A DNA stretch of 50,977 nt from Actinomycetota bacterium (GTDB lineage: Bacteria; Actinomycetota; Humimicrobiia; Humimicrobiales; Humimicrobiaceae), in the NCBI GenBank assembly GCA_013202875.1, contig JABMRD010000009.1, positions 1 through 50,977 on the forward strand, read 5' to 3'. The notes under the pieces are model-generated. The model was not told the DNA's origin and did not search any database. It saw nothing but the letters and a program-made list of their open reading frames with translations. Positions 20,306 through 29,311 of the stretch are shown piece after piece (position 1 is the stretch's first letter; the number at the start of each line of letters is the position of its first letter). The translations under genes were made by a program, and so were the position numbers.

Positions 20306-20756
20306 TTTTTAATCCCTTTGTATCAAGATGATAACTTGCACCATTTTCCCTATATTCATAAATAAAATTTATATCAGGATTTACAGCTATTAAAACTTTC
20401 AACGACTTATGAATATCACCTAAAGGCCTGCGGTCAATATGGCTATAGCCGAATGTGACCTTGACCTTTGTCCCCTTGCCTGGCTTTGATTTTATTTTAA
20501 TACTTCCTCCGCTTTCTTCTGCAGACTGGGCAAGAAGCGAAAGACCCAGACCAACTCTTTTTATGTTTTTTGTAGTAAAAAATGGGTCCAATACATTTTT
20601 TAATGTCTTCTCGTCCATACCTTCTCCGTCATCAATTATTTCAATATTAAGTAAATCTCTTTTTTTATCCTCAATAATTTTTATTTCAATCTTTTTAGCA
20701 CGAGCCCTGATTGAGTTTTCTACTATGTCCAAAATATGTAAAGATAAATCCTCCAT
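20283..20756 (-). CDS. Stand-alone histidine-kinase-like ATPase domain protein (no HisKA/phosphoacceptor domain)
   Basis: 157 aa. The N box is LHILDIVENS, G1 is IDDGEGM, and G2 is GLGLSL..GGSI. There is no dimerisation or His domain. Confidence 0.75.
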   Translation of the reverse strand: MEDLSLHILDIVENSIRARAKKIEIKIIEDKKRDLLNIEIIDDGEGMDEKTLKNVLDPFFTTKNIKRVGLGLSLLAQSAEESGGSIKIKSKPGKGTKVKVTFGYSHIDRRPLGDIHKSLKVLIAVNPDINFIYEYRENGASYHLDTKGLKNDITNNK

Positions 20757-21509
20757 CTAGCCAATCATCACCTTTCTTCCATCTTCCCCGGATAAAGCTT
20801 TCTTAATCTCTCCTATACTTGCCTCTTCCATAAGAAAGACGGTAAAACTTTTACCGATATCTTTTAAAAAATGTGCATCAGAAAAAGTTACCAGTGAAAA
20901 ACCGTAAAGTTCCGGATTTACCCGCCTGTCGGCGACACAGACTGTTTTCAGTTCATAATTTGGAGACAGTTCCAGAGCATCAAGCAGTAACCCTTCAGGG
21001 ATAAATCCCAGTTGAGCAATAATGCTATAACTCTCTCTATCGATATGGGAGGCAATAGTCAGCCCTCCCAGAGAATATATTGCCTGGACTATTTCCTGTA
21101 AAGACAGTGATGTCGCCCCGATCAAAAGCCTGTTATTGGAACCTACAACTTCGTTATTTTCATTGATTATAAGTTGTTTTCCAAAAATCTTCTCATCATT
21201 AAAACCTGATAATTTCTCATAAATAATCTCTTGAAATTTAAACAACTCTTTAACGTTTTCAAAAAGTGCAAGGATATGGACCTCCTCCTGTGATGTAGCC
21301 TCAATCCCACCAATAACAGCTATATCTTCTCTCTGTCCTATTTTTTTAGTTGCCACAACGTTTTCTGCTGAGTTATGGTCACAAATCCCCACTATATCTA
21401 AATCATTCATTTTTGCCTGCCTGATTATACTTTGCGGAAACATCTCCTCGTCTGCACAGGGCGAAAGAGAAGTATGAATATGTAAATCCGCTTTAAATTT
21501 TCTTAACAT
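20757..21509 (-). CDS. PHP-domain phosphoesterase
   Basis: 250 aa. It has the ADLHIHTSLSPC and GICDHNS metal-binding His/Asp motifs. Confidence 0.8.
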   Translation of the reverse strand: MLRKFKADLHIHTSLSPCADEEMFPQSIIRQAKMNDLDIVGICDHNSAENVVATKKIGQREDIAVIGGIEATSQEEVHILALFENVKELFKFQEIIYEKLSGFNDEKIFGKQLIINENNEVVGSNNRLLIGATSLSLQEIVQAIYSLGGLTIASHIDRESYSIIAQLGFIPEGLLLDALELSPNYELKTVCVADRRVNPELYGFSLVTFSDAHFLKDIGKSFTVFLMEEASIGEIKKALSGEDGRKVMIG

Positions 21510-21841
21510 CCACCTAACATCCTGTATAATTTTCCGATTATTTCAAAAGCCGTAAGTCCTGTTACCATAATTAGTATATCTTCTTCCCCTGCTTTTTTTA
21601 ATGTTTCCTCTTCAGGTTTTCTTCCATTAACTATTATAATTCCTGTCAGTTCTTTTAATGTGGCTACTCCGACAATATTCTGATGAATTTGCAAAGTAAT
21701 CCAGATGTTATCTTTTTTTGCGTTTGCTATAACATCACTTAACAGATCACTGGCATAACCACCACTTACTTCTTTGTTCAAATTAGAAACCCTGGATTTG
21801 ACTTCTAGCCCCAATTCTTCAACTATCTGTTTAAGTTTCAT
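21503..21841 (-). CDS. DRTGG-domain protein
   Basis: 112 aa. DLLSDV is followed by ..ELTGIIIVNG.., a pattern like the DRTGG domain. Its length is single-domain. Confidence 0.65.
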   Translation of the reverse strand: MKLKQIVEELGLEVKSRVSNLNKEVSGGYASDLLSDVIANAKKDNIWITLQIHQNIVGVATLKELTGIIIVNGRKPEEETLKKAGEEDILIMVTGLTAFEIIGKLYRMLGGC

Positions 21842-22755
21842 TTTTCCCCCTGAGTATAGATAATTACTTCTATCTCTGTTCCTTTCCCAGCTACAGAGTT
21901 AATATTCATCTTATCCGCACACTTTTTGATATTCGGAAGACCCATTCCAGCTCCAAATCCCAGTTCCTGAACTAAAGGTGGAGCAGTGGAAAAACCCGGC
22001 TGCATTGCCTTTTTAACATCAGGGATACCGGGGCCAGAGTCCACTGCCTTGACCCTAATCTCATCTGGTCTGATGTAAGCAGTAATGCGACCTCCAGAAG
22101 TGAAAATTACAATATTCATCTCTGCTTCATATGTTGCAATAGCTATCCTGCGAAGAATCTGCGGAGGTATTCCTAATCTGGCTAAACTTTTTTTAAGCCC
22201 ACTGGCAGATTCTCCCGCATGCTTAAAATCCTGGCCGGCAATATCGTATTCAAAAATAAGAGTGGTTTTATCAGCAATAATATCTCTAAATATATGTGAA
22301 GCACGGTAACGATGAATCTCTTCCTCATGATAATTAATCTCAAGTTCTTTAAGCAGGGTCTTTATAATATCGCCCTTGGCAATAACGCCTACTAATTTTC
22401 CACTACTTCGTTCAACTACAGGGAAGCGGCCAAAACCATGCTTGTTAAATTTATTAACAGCATGAATAAGCGGTTCATCTTCGTATAAAGTTTTTACCTC
22501 TCTTGTCATCTTATCTCCTACAAAAGAATCTATTTCTCCATCTGCCAGGCACTTTATAAAATCCTCGATACTCACTACACCGACTAATTTATCTTTATCC
22601 ACAACCGGTGTTCCTGAAATACGATTAATCCTCAATATTTCCCTTAATTCACCCATACGGTTTTTAGAGTGAACTTTAACTACATCTCTTGTCATTGCCT
22701 GCTCAACCGTTAACTCATAAGCAAGTTCCTGAACTTTGGTAATCTCTCTATTCAT
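21838..22755 (-). CDS. CBS-pair + RsbW/SpoIIAB-like serine-kinase (HATPase_c_2) fusion protein
   Basis: 305 aa. It has two CBS repeats (VEQAMTRDVV..GTPVVD and VGDKMTREV..FPVVE). The C-terminus is anti-sigma-factor-like: ATYEAEMNIV..DSGPGIPD..GMGLPN. Confidence 0.7.
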   Translation of the reverse strand: MNREITKVQELAYELTVEQAMTRDVVKVHSKNRMGELREILRINRISGTPVVDKDKLVGVVSIEDFIKCLADGEIDSFVGDKMTREVKTLYEDEPLIHAVNKFNKHGFGRFPVVERSSGKLVGVIAKGDIIKTLLKELEINYHEEEIHRYRASHIFRDIIADKTTLIFEYDIAGQDFKHAGESASGLKKSLARLGIPPQILRRIAIATYEAEMNIVIFTSGGRITAYIRPDEIRVKAVDSGPGIPDVKKAMQPGFSTAPPLVQELGFGAGMGLPNIKKCADKMNINSVAGKGTEIEVIIYTQGEK

Positions 22756-23104
22756 TTATTTCAGAGCACCCCGCCAGTCCTTCTTTATATAATTTTCCGC
22801 ATGCTTCAAACAAGGGAAAATCTGTCAAGAGCAAAGGGATATTTTTACTTTTTGCAAGTTCAACGGTCTCCTTATCCGGTTTTTTCCCTCTAACAAAACA
22901 TACTGCTTTTATATCAGACATCTCTACTGTACGGATAACCTGTGGATTTGTAAGTCCTGTTAGAAGAAGGGAATCTGACTTGACAAAAGCCAGTACATCA
23001 CTCATCAGGTCACATCCGCAGGCCATTTTTATATCTGCATTTAAGGCATCAGAACCTACAATCACCTTTGCATTTAGTATTTTTTTTATCTTATCAAGTG
23101 TCAT
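22748..23104 (-). CDS. DRTGG-domain protein
   Basis: 118 aa. The motif is DLMSDVLAF..LLLTGLTN. It is a paralogue of the 112-aa ORF. Confidence 0.65.
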   Translation of the reverse strand: MTLDKIKKILNAKVIVGSDALNADIKMACGCDLMSDVLAFVKSDSLLLTGLTNPQVIRTVEMSDIKAVCFVRGKKPDKETVELAKSKNIPLLLTDFPLFEACGKLYKEGLAGCSEINE

Positions 23105-23153
23105 TTCTTTTTTGACTTGTTAAACTTTTACTCATTCTAATGTTTAATATTTT

Positions 23154-25001
23154 CTATTTTCTCTGTATAGCGTTAAATTTGCATACTTCATAACACATAT
23201 TGCATTTGATACATTTATCCTGATCTATAGTATGTGGTTCTTTTCTTTTACCGGTAATAGCATCCTGTGGACAATTTTTTGCACATAACATGCATCCGGT
23301 ACATTTCTCCTCATCGACAAAATACTGGACCAGAGCTTTACATACTCCTGCCGGGCATTTTTTATGTTTTATATGCTGTTCATATTCATCTCTAAAATGT
23401 CTTAATGTAGAAAGAACAGGATTGGGAAGCGTTTGGCCAAGTCCACATAGGGAAGCATCCTTTATTGCCTGCCCTAACTCTTCAAGGAATTCTATATCTC
23501 CTTCTTCACCTTTGCCATTTGATATTTTATCTAAAATTTCAAGAAGAGCTTCGCTTCCTTCACGGCAAGAATTACATTTTCCACAGGACTCGTCATTGGT
23601 AAACTGCAGGAAATATTTCGCGATATCAACCATGCAGCTGTCTTCATCAAGTACGATCATTCCCCCTGAACCCATAATAGAACCCACTTCTGCTAATCGT
23701 TCGTAATCTATCGGTAAATCAAGCATTTCTTTAGGGATGCATCCTCCTGAAGGACCACCTGTTTGCACAGCTTTAAACTCTTTTCCGTCAGGGATACCAC
23801 CACCGATATCATAAATTATCTCCCTTAAAGTCGTACCCATAGGGACTTCAACCAAACCAGTATTATTTATTTTTCCAACTAAAGAAAAGACTTTTGTACC
23901 TTTACTCTTCTCGGTACCAATTGATGCAAACCATTCAGCACCCCTATTAATTATACTGGGTACAGTAGCCCAAGTTTCTACATTATTAATATTGGTTGGC
24001 ATTCCCCAAAGTCCTGATTGTGCCGGGAATGGTGGCCTTTGCCTTGGCTCAGGAGGTCTGCCTTCAATCGAAGCCATCAACGATGTTTCCTCACCGCATA
24101 CAAAAGCGCCGGCTCCTTTTTGAATCTTTATGTCAAAATTAAAGCCTGTATCAAATATATTTTCACCAAGCAGGCCGTAATCTTCGGCTTGTTTGATTGC
24201 CAGTTCTAATCTTTCCATAGCAAGGGGGTACTCAGCCCTTATATATATATAACCATTATTTGCACCGATGGCATAAGCGCCTATTATCATGCCTTCCAAT
24301 ACTCCATGGGGATCTGATTCGATTATACTTCTATCCATAAACGCTCCGGGATCTCCTTCATCAGCATTACATATAATATATTTTGTATTTTGTTTCTTGC
24401 TTTTCGGTTTTGCTTTACGGCATAATTCCCATTTTAAACCGGTTGGAAATCCAGCACCACCCCTACCTCTAAGGCCTGATTTTTTCACCTCTTCGATTAC
24501 TTCTAAAGGAGCCATTTTAGTCAATACTTTCGCTAATGCTTTATATCCATCACGCGCGATATATTCATCAATATTCTCAGGGTCAATCAACCCCCTATTC
24601 TTAAGAGCGATCAACCTCTGGCGTGCAAAAAACCCTATCTCCATCATTTTCGGGATCGGCTCTTTTTCTTCAGGCGGGGTATACATCAATTTTTTTACAG
24701 GCCTTCCTTTTAAGAAATGTTCCTCTACTAAATGAGGAATATCATCTTCCTGTAACTGCTGGTAAAAAAACCCGTCCGGCTTGACTACCATAACAGGTCC
24801 TAATGCACAAAAACCATTACAACCTGTCATAACTACGAGTACTTCATCTTGTAGATTTTGTTTTTTTAGTTCCTTTTCAAGGACTTCTTTTATTTTGAAT
24901 GATTTATTAGACACACAACCCGTACCTGCACAAAGCATAAGGTGCATCCTGTAATGCTTGCCAGTTTGCTCGTTTATTGGTTGTATATTCTGATTATTCA
25001 T
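23154..25001 (-). CDS. NuoF/HydB-type NAD(H)- and FMN-binding Fe-S subunit (bifurcating-hydrogenase beta-subunit architecture)
   Basis: 615 aa. The N-terminal thioredoxin-like 2Fe-2S domain has CAGTGC..GCNGFC. The FMN/NADH site is GLRGRGGAGFPTGLKW. A 4Fe-4S motif reads ESCGKCNSCREG. The C-terminal 2x[4Fe-4S] reads CTGCMLCAKNCP and CIKCNMCYEVC. Confidence 0.9.
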   Translation of the reverse strand: MNNQNIQPINEQTGKHYRMHLMLCAGTGCVSNKSFKIKEVLEKELKKQNLQDEVLVVMTGCNGFCALGPVMVVKPDGFFYQQLQEDDIPHLVEEHFLKGRPVKKLMYTPPEEKEPIPKMMEIGFFARQRLIALKNRGLIDPENIDEYIARDGYKALAKVLTKMAPLEVIEEVKKSGLRGRGGAGFPTGLKWELCRKAKPKSKKQNTKYIICNADEGDPGAFMDRSIIESDPHGVLEGMIIGAYAIGANNGYIYIRAEYPLAMERLELAIKQAEDYGLLGENIFDTGFNFDIKIQKGAGAFVCGEETSLMASIEGRPPEPRQRPPFPAQSGLWGMPTNINNVETWATVPSIINRGAEWFASIGTEKSKGTKVFSLVGKINNTGLVEVPMGTTLREIIYDIGGGIPDGKEFKAVQTGGPSGGCIPKEMLDLPIDYERLAEVGSIMGSGGMIVLDEDSCMVDIAKYFLQFTNDESCGKCNSCREGSEALLEILDKISNGKGEEGDIEFLEELGQAIKDASLCGLGQTLPNPVLSTLRHFRDEYEQHIKHKKCPAGVCKALVQYFVDEEKCTGCMLCAKNCPQDAITGKRKEPHTIDQDKCIKCNMCYEVCKFNAIQRK

Positions 25002-25012
25002 AATTTAAATAA

Positions 25013-25405
25013 TTAAAATACTCTTTCACTACCTTTTGCCAATGCATAATCCTTGACTATTTTGCCTCCAAGCACATGCTCTTTAAATATTTCCTTAATC
25101 TTCCCAGGTGTGAGTTCAATGTATTTAACCGGAGCTTCTCCTTTCAATTCAACTGTTGCCATAGGTTCCTTGCTGCATAAGCCGGCACAACCGGATGTGG
25201 TCAATATGATATCTTTGATATTCTTTTTTTCTATCTCGGCCAGTAACGTACTCATTATCTCCCTTGCGCCTGCAGATATGCCGCAGGTGCCCATATGGAC
25301 AGTAATTTTTGCCCTGCCGGCTCCTTCACGTAAAATAACTGTTCTTTTTACTTTTTTACTTATTTTATCTAAATCTTCAATTTTTATTCTTGGCACTTCT
25401 GGCAC
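25013..25405 (-). CDS. Small thioredoxin-like [2Fe-2S] ferredoxin (HydD/HndB-like)
   Basis: 130 aa. Cysteine motifs are MGTCGISAG and SGCAGLCSKEP. Confidence 0.7.
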   Translation of the reverse strand: MPEVPRIKIEDLDKISKKVKRTVILREGAGRAKITVHMGTCGISAGAREIMSTLLAEIEKKNIKDIILTTSGCAGLCSKEPMATVELKGEAPVKYIELTPGKIKEIFKEHVLGGKIVKDYALAKGSERVF

Positions 25406-25425
25406 ACTCTCCTTTAATTTTATTA

Positions 25426-26376
25426 TTATGTTTTAGTCCTATATTCATTGATTATTCCGGGAACTTTTTTCTGTGTCACTTTTCCATACAAATCTTCATT
25501 AATTTTCATAACCGGTGACAGGCCGCAACATCCAATACAGCGTACCGTCTCTAAAGTAAAATTCATATCTTCAGTAGTTTCACCTGGTTTTATACCCAGT
25601 TCTCTTCCTAGTGCTTCGACAATACTCGGACCGCCTTTGACATGGCAGGCAGTACCCAAACAGATAGATATTAAATATTTCCCCCTGGGTTCCAGGCTGA
25701 AGGCATTATAAAATGTTGCCAGCCTGTAAACCTGACTCAGCGGATAGCCGAGTTCATCAGCGACATACCTTAGTACTTCAGCAGGCAAATACCTGTACTG
25801 GCTGCTGATATCCTGCAGTACGGGTACCAATGTACCTTTCTTATTTTTATAATTATTTATTATTACCCTTACCCTTTGCAGATCTTCATCTGAAAGTTTT
25901 AACTCCTCTTTTTCAGGTTCAGTATAGATTATGTTCCTTACAGGACAATTATTTACACATAATGCGCACCCGGTGCACTTTTCTTCGTCAACATAACGCG
26001 GTCTTTTTTTCAAAGTCACAGTAAAATTACCCGGCTGACCTTCAATATCTTCTACATCTGCCAGGGTGATTATTTCAATATCCTTGTGGCGACCTATCTC
26101 AACCAGCCGGGGAGCCATTGTACACATAGCACAATCATTAGTGGGAAAAGTCTTATCCAGCTGGGACATCACTCCACCAATACAGGGTTTTGTCTCTACC
26201 AAATATACTTTTATTCCTGACTCAGCAAGATCAAGTGCCGCCTGCATGCCGCCAATTCCTCCACCGACTACCATTGCTGCACCAACCTTCTTCTGATTCA
26301 TGATATCTGATTCATGATTCATAATATTTTCTCGTTGTTTTTTTATCTTTTCCATACTATACCCTGCATTTCGCAT
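25426..26376 (-). CDS. Fusion protein: HdrA N-terminal FAD-binding fragment + NuoE/HydC-like [2Fe-2S] domain
   Basis: 316 aa from the ATG at 26376, which overlaps the upstream stop as TGATG; an alternative ATG is at 26355. The N-half reads VVGGGIGGMQAALDLAESGIKVYLVE..GGVMSQLDKTFPTNDCAMC..CTGCALCVNNCP and matches residues 1-115 of the 1014-aa HdrA. The C-half reads LVPVLQD..CLGTACHVKG..RCIGCCGLSPVM and is NuoE-type. Confidence 0.8.
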   Translation of the reverse strand: MRNAGYSMEKIKKQRENIMNHESDIMNQKKVGAAMVVGGGIGGMQAALDLAESGIKVYLVETKPCIGGVMSQLDKTFPTNDCAMCTMAPRLVEIGRHKDIEIITLADVEDIEGQPGNFTVTLKKRPRYVDEEKCTGCALCVNNCPVRNIIYTEPEKEELKLSDEDLQRVRVIINNYKNKKGTLVPVLQDISSQYRYLPAEVLRYVADELGYPLSQVYRLATFYNAFSLEPRGKYLISICLGTACHVKGGPSIVEALGRELGIKPGETTEDMNFTLETVRCIGCCGLSPVMKINEDLYGKVTQKKVPGIINEYRTKT

Positions 26377-27221
26377 CAATATTCCTGTGGTAATCCCTGC
26401 AATTCTTTATAAGTAAATACAGGTCCATCTTTACACACATATTTAGGTCCAATATTACATCTTCCACACTTACCGATCCCGCATTTCATACGCATTTCCA
26501 GAGAAAAAAAGATCTTCTCCGGTTTGAAGCCCAGGTCCATTAGCGGCAGCATGGTGTATTTAACCATAATAAGAGGGCCACAGACAAGAACAATGCTGTT
26601 TTCAGATCTCGGCGCTATCTCACTCAACACATTTGGTACCAATCCAACACGGCCCTTCCAATTTTTATCTCCCCTGTCCACCGTTAGGTGGACATTGATG
26701 TCATCTCTCTGGTCCCACTGCTTCAATTCCGATTTATAAATAAGCTCACCAGGGCTTCGCGCACCGTAAAGTACAGTAATATCTTTAAAATATGCTCTGT
26801 TTTTTTTATGAAGTATGTATCTGGTAAGCGATCTTAAAGTGGTAAGAGCAAATCCTCCACCTACGATTACAAGATTGCTTCCTTCAAAATCTTTCATAGG
26901 AAATCCATTCCCATAAGGACCTCTTATACCAATCATATCCCCCGGGCAAAGATTATGTAGAGCACTAGTAACTACACCTGTGGTATATTTCTTAACAGTG
27001 AACTGCACCAGGTCTTCATCCATAGGTGATGAAGCAATCCCAATGGGTGCTTCACCGATACCTAACATAGATATCTCTGCAAACTGCCCGCAAGTATATT
27101 TAAACTTTTCAGTTTCTTTCTTAACATTAAATACCAGATCAAATGTTTTAATATCCCTGGCTTCATTCTCAATAGTAATCTTTTTTATTGTTACTGGTAT
27201 AGGTAGATACGGATTATTCAT
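26376..27221 (-). CDS. FAD/NAD(P)-binding [2Fe-2S] oxidoreductase, FlxA / sulfhydrogenase gamma-like
   Basis: 281 aa. It has a ferredoxin-reductase-like fold with GQFAEIS and IVGGGFALTTL. The C-terminus reads KCGIGKCGRCNIG..YVCKDGPVF. It is a paralogue of both hyhG copies. Confidence 0.8.
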   Translation of the reverse strand: MNNPYLPIPVTIKKITIENEARDIKTFDLVFNVKKETEKFKYTCGQFAEISMLGIGEAPIGIASSPMDEDLVQFTVKKYTTGVVTSALHNLCPGDMIGIRGPYGNGFPMKDFEGSNLVIVGGGFALTTLRSLTRYILHKKNRAYFKDITVLYGARSPGELIYKSELKQWDQRDDINVHLTVDRGDKNWKGRVGLVPNVLSEIAPRSENSIVLVCGPLIMVKYTMLPLMDLGFKPEKIFFSLEMRMKCGIGKCGRCNIGPKYVCKDGPVFTYKELQGLPQEY

Positions 27222-27247
27222 AATCTTCCTTCCAACAATGTAACTCC

Positions 27248-28327
27248 TTAAATCTTCTTATCTTTACACAATGATCCTAACGACATTAACGATACCAACA
27301 CTTCTCTCAAATCAAGATTTACCGGACAATTTCTAATACAACGGCCGCAACCTACACAGAATATTTCTTTAAAATTTTCCGGACAATAATTGAATTTGTG
27401 CATAATCCTCTGCCGCATTCTTTCTTTATAAGTCGGCCTTGGGTTATGTCCCGATGCATGCAGGGTAAACAATGGATACATGCAGGAATCCCAGCATCGT
27501 ACCCTTTTGCCTTCAGGTGTTTTTGAATCTGCTGCTTTGGGATTTATCTCATCAGTAATGTCAAAACAATGGCAGGTCGGGCAGAAATAAGTACAGATAC
27601 CGCAGCCAAGACATTTCTGGTGGATCTCATTCCATAAAAGGTCGTTAAAAGCATTGTCCAGTTTTTCCTTTATATTTTGAATGTCGATTTGAGATTTGAT
27701 TTTATTTAAACTTAAATCCATAAGTTTATCTTTTTTATCTACATCGGATTGGCCGGCATCTTTAAACCACTTATTTTGTTTTTCAATAAATTTTTCGCCC
27801 TTTTTTGTTACCGCTCCGGCAAGAACATCTTCCCCAAGATCAAATAAAATAATATCCGCTCCTTCTTCATTTTCCGGTTTACCTTTCAGAGAAGTACAAA
27901 AACAATCGATCTGAGGTTTGCTGCAGGCCAGAGATATAACAGTTGTCTTTTTTCTTCTTTCAAGATAGTATGGATCTTCAAAATCTTCTCCTCCGAAGAC
28001 CTTGTCCAGCAGAGAAATAGCCTGAGCATCACAGGGCCTGATGCCAAAAATCAAATAGTCCTTCCCCCCAGGAGTAGAGCCTTCAGCCTTTACTTCAGCT
28101 CCCGGCCCGAAACAAAACAATGTCTCTGCCTGAGGAAAGAGTATTTCTTTGGGTGAGATTTTTGTATTCCTGTAATCCCAGAAAATATCCTGCCCGGATT
28201 TGAACTCTGAAAACCGGGCATCGCCATTATCCTCAATCGGGACAAAGATGCTGTACTCTTTTTTAAGACTTTCAAGCAATTTTAATATTTCTTTTTTCTT
28301 AATTATCTTAAATTTTTTATTTTCCAT
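27248..28327 (-). CDS. 4Fe-4S dicluster protein, FlxB / sulfhydrogenase beta-like
   Basis: 359 aa. Motifs are CLGCGICTYFCPTCHCFD and CVGCGRCIRNCP. It is a paralogue of both hyhB copies. Confidence 0.75.
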   Translation of the reverse strand: MENKKFKIIKKKEILKLLESLKKEYSIFVPIEDNGDARFSEFKSGQDIFWDYRNTKISPKEILFPQAETLFCFGPGAEVKAEGSTPGGKDYLIFGIRPCDAQAISLLDKVFGGEDFEDPYYLERRKKTTVISLACSKPQIDCFCTSLKGKPENEEGADIILFDLGEDVLAGAVTKKGEKFIEKQNKWFKDAGQSDVDKKDKLMDLSLNKIKSQIDIQNIKEKLDNAFNDLLWNEIHQKCLGCGICTYFCPTCHCFDITDEINPKAADSKTPEGKRVRCWDSCMYPLFTLHASGHNPRPTYKERMRQRIMHKFNYCPENFKEIFCVGCGRCIRNCPVNLDLREVLVSLMSLGSLCKDKKI

Positions 28328-28339
28328 TTTTAACTCATT

Positions 28340-29311
28340 CTACGGCTCGGTAATAAATTCCTGCTTGTCGTCTTGCTTAAAAGTCGCAAGCGGCGGAGCT
28401 TCTTCCAGTGATACACCTGCTTCATATTCAAAAAATTCCTTTACATCTTTTATTAACTTGTAAGTGAAAACCCGAAGGTCAACACCCATCGGACAGGCAC
28501 GCACACAGGCTCCGCAGTCAACACAGCGTCCTGCCTGGTGAAATATCCTGCCTATCTGATAAAACATTACATCTGAAATATCATTAGTCGGCCCTATCCA
28601 TCTTGGTTTGGCCTGCTCTGCAAAGCATTCCTTGCAGTAACAATTTGGGCACGCCTGCCTGCAGGCATTACACCTTATGCATTTCGATATCTGTTCCTGG
28701 AAATATTCCCATCTTTCCTCAAGGGGCTTCTTCTCAAATTCCTTTATAAATGCTTCTCTGTCTTCTTTCTTGGTTTTCTGCTTTTCTTTTCCAAGCAGGA
28801 TATCATAGACCGCCGGAGCAGTATATTGACAGGTTTTACACATATCAGCCAATAATTCTTCTTTTTTAAGCTCTACTTTCTTTTTGTCTTCATCTTCTAC
28901 CAGCACTTTGTCATTTTTTTCCTCGGCAGCAACAATATCAACTTTCTTTATCTTCTTTGTATTTATCATGCCCCCGCAGTGAATCCCTATTATATAAATG
29001 TTTTCCCTGGGTATCTGGTGTTCCTTTATCAGGCCCACTATTGAACGGCCGTCGCATCCCTTGGCCAGGATGCCTATCCGCGGCAGTTTTGCGTCTTTTG
29101 CTCCCCGCTGGGATACAAAAAACCTGGGAAGGTATACAGCCAGATTATTGGAACAATAAGAATTCCAGACCAATTTTTCTATATCTTCCGATCTGGTAAT
29201 AAAACAGGGTGTCGACCTCAAAGGTAAAGTACCCTCGCTATAGCCTATAAAGATATCGATTTTATTTTCTTTAAACAATTTTTTTACTGTTTCTTTTATT
29301 TTTTCAATCAT
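28340..29311 (-). CDS. 4Fe-4S dicluster protein, FlxC-like
   Basis: 323 aa. Motifs are CIRCNACRQACPNCYC and CVDCGACVRACP. Its position between the FlxD-like and FlxB-like genes supports the call. Confidence 0.6.
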   Translation of the reverse strand: MIEKIKETVKKLFKENKIDIFIGYSEGTLPLRSTPCFITRSEDIEKLVWNSYCSNNLAVYLPRFFVSQRGAKDAKLPRIGILAKGCDGRSIVGLIKEHQIPRENIYIIGIHCGGMINTKKIKKVDIVAAEEKNDKVLVEDEDKKKVELKKEELLADMCKTCQYTAPAVYDILLGKEKQKTKKEDREAFIKEFEKKPLEERWEYFQEQISKCIRCNACRQACPNCYCKECFAEQAKPRWIGPTNDISDVMFYQIGRIFHQAGRCVDCGACVRACPMGVDLRVFTYKLIKDVKEFFEYEAGVSLEEAPPLATFKQDDKQEFITEP

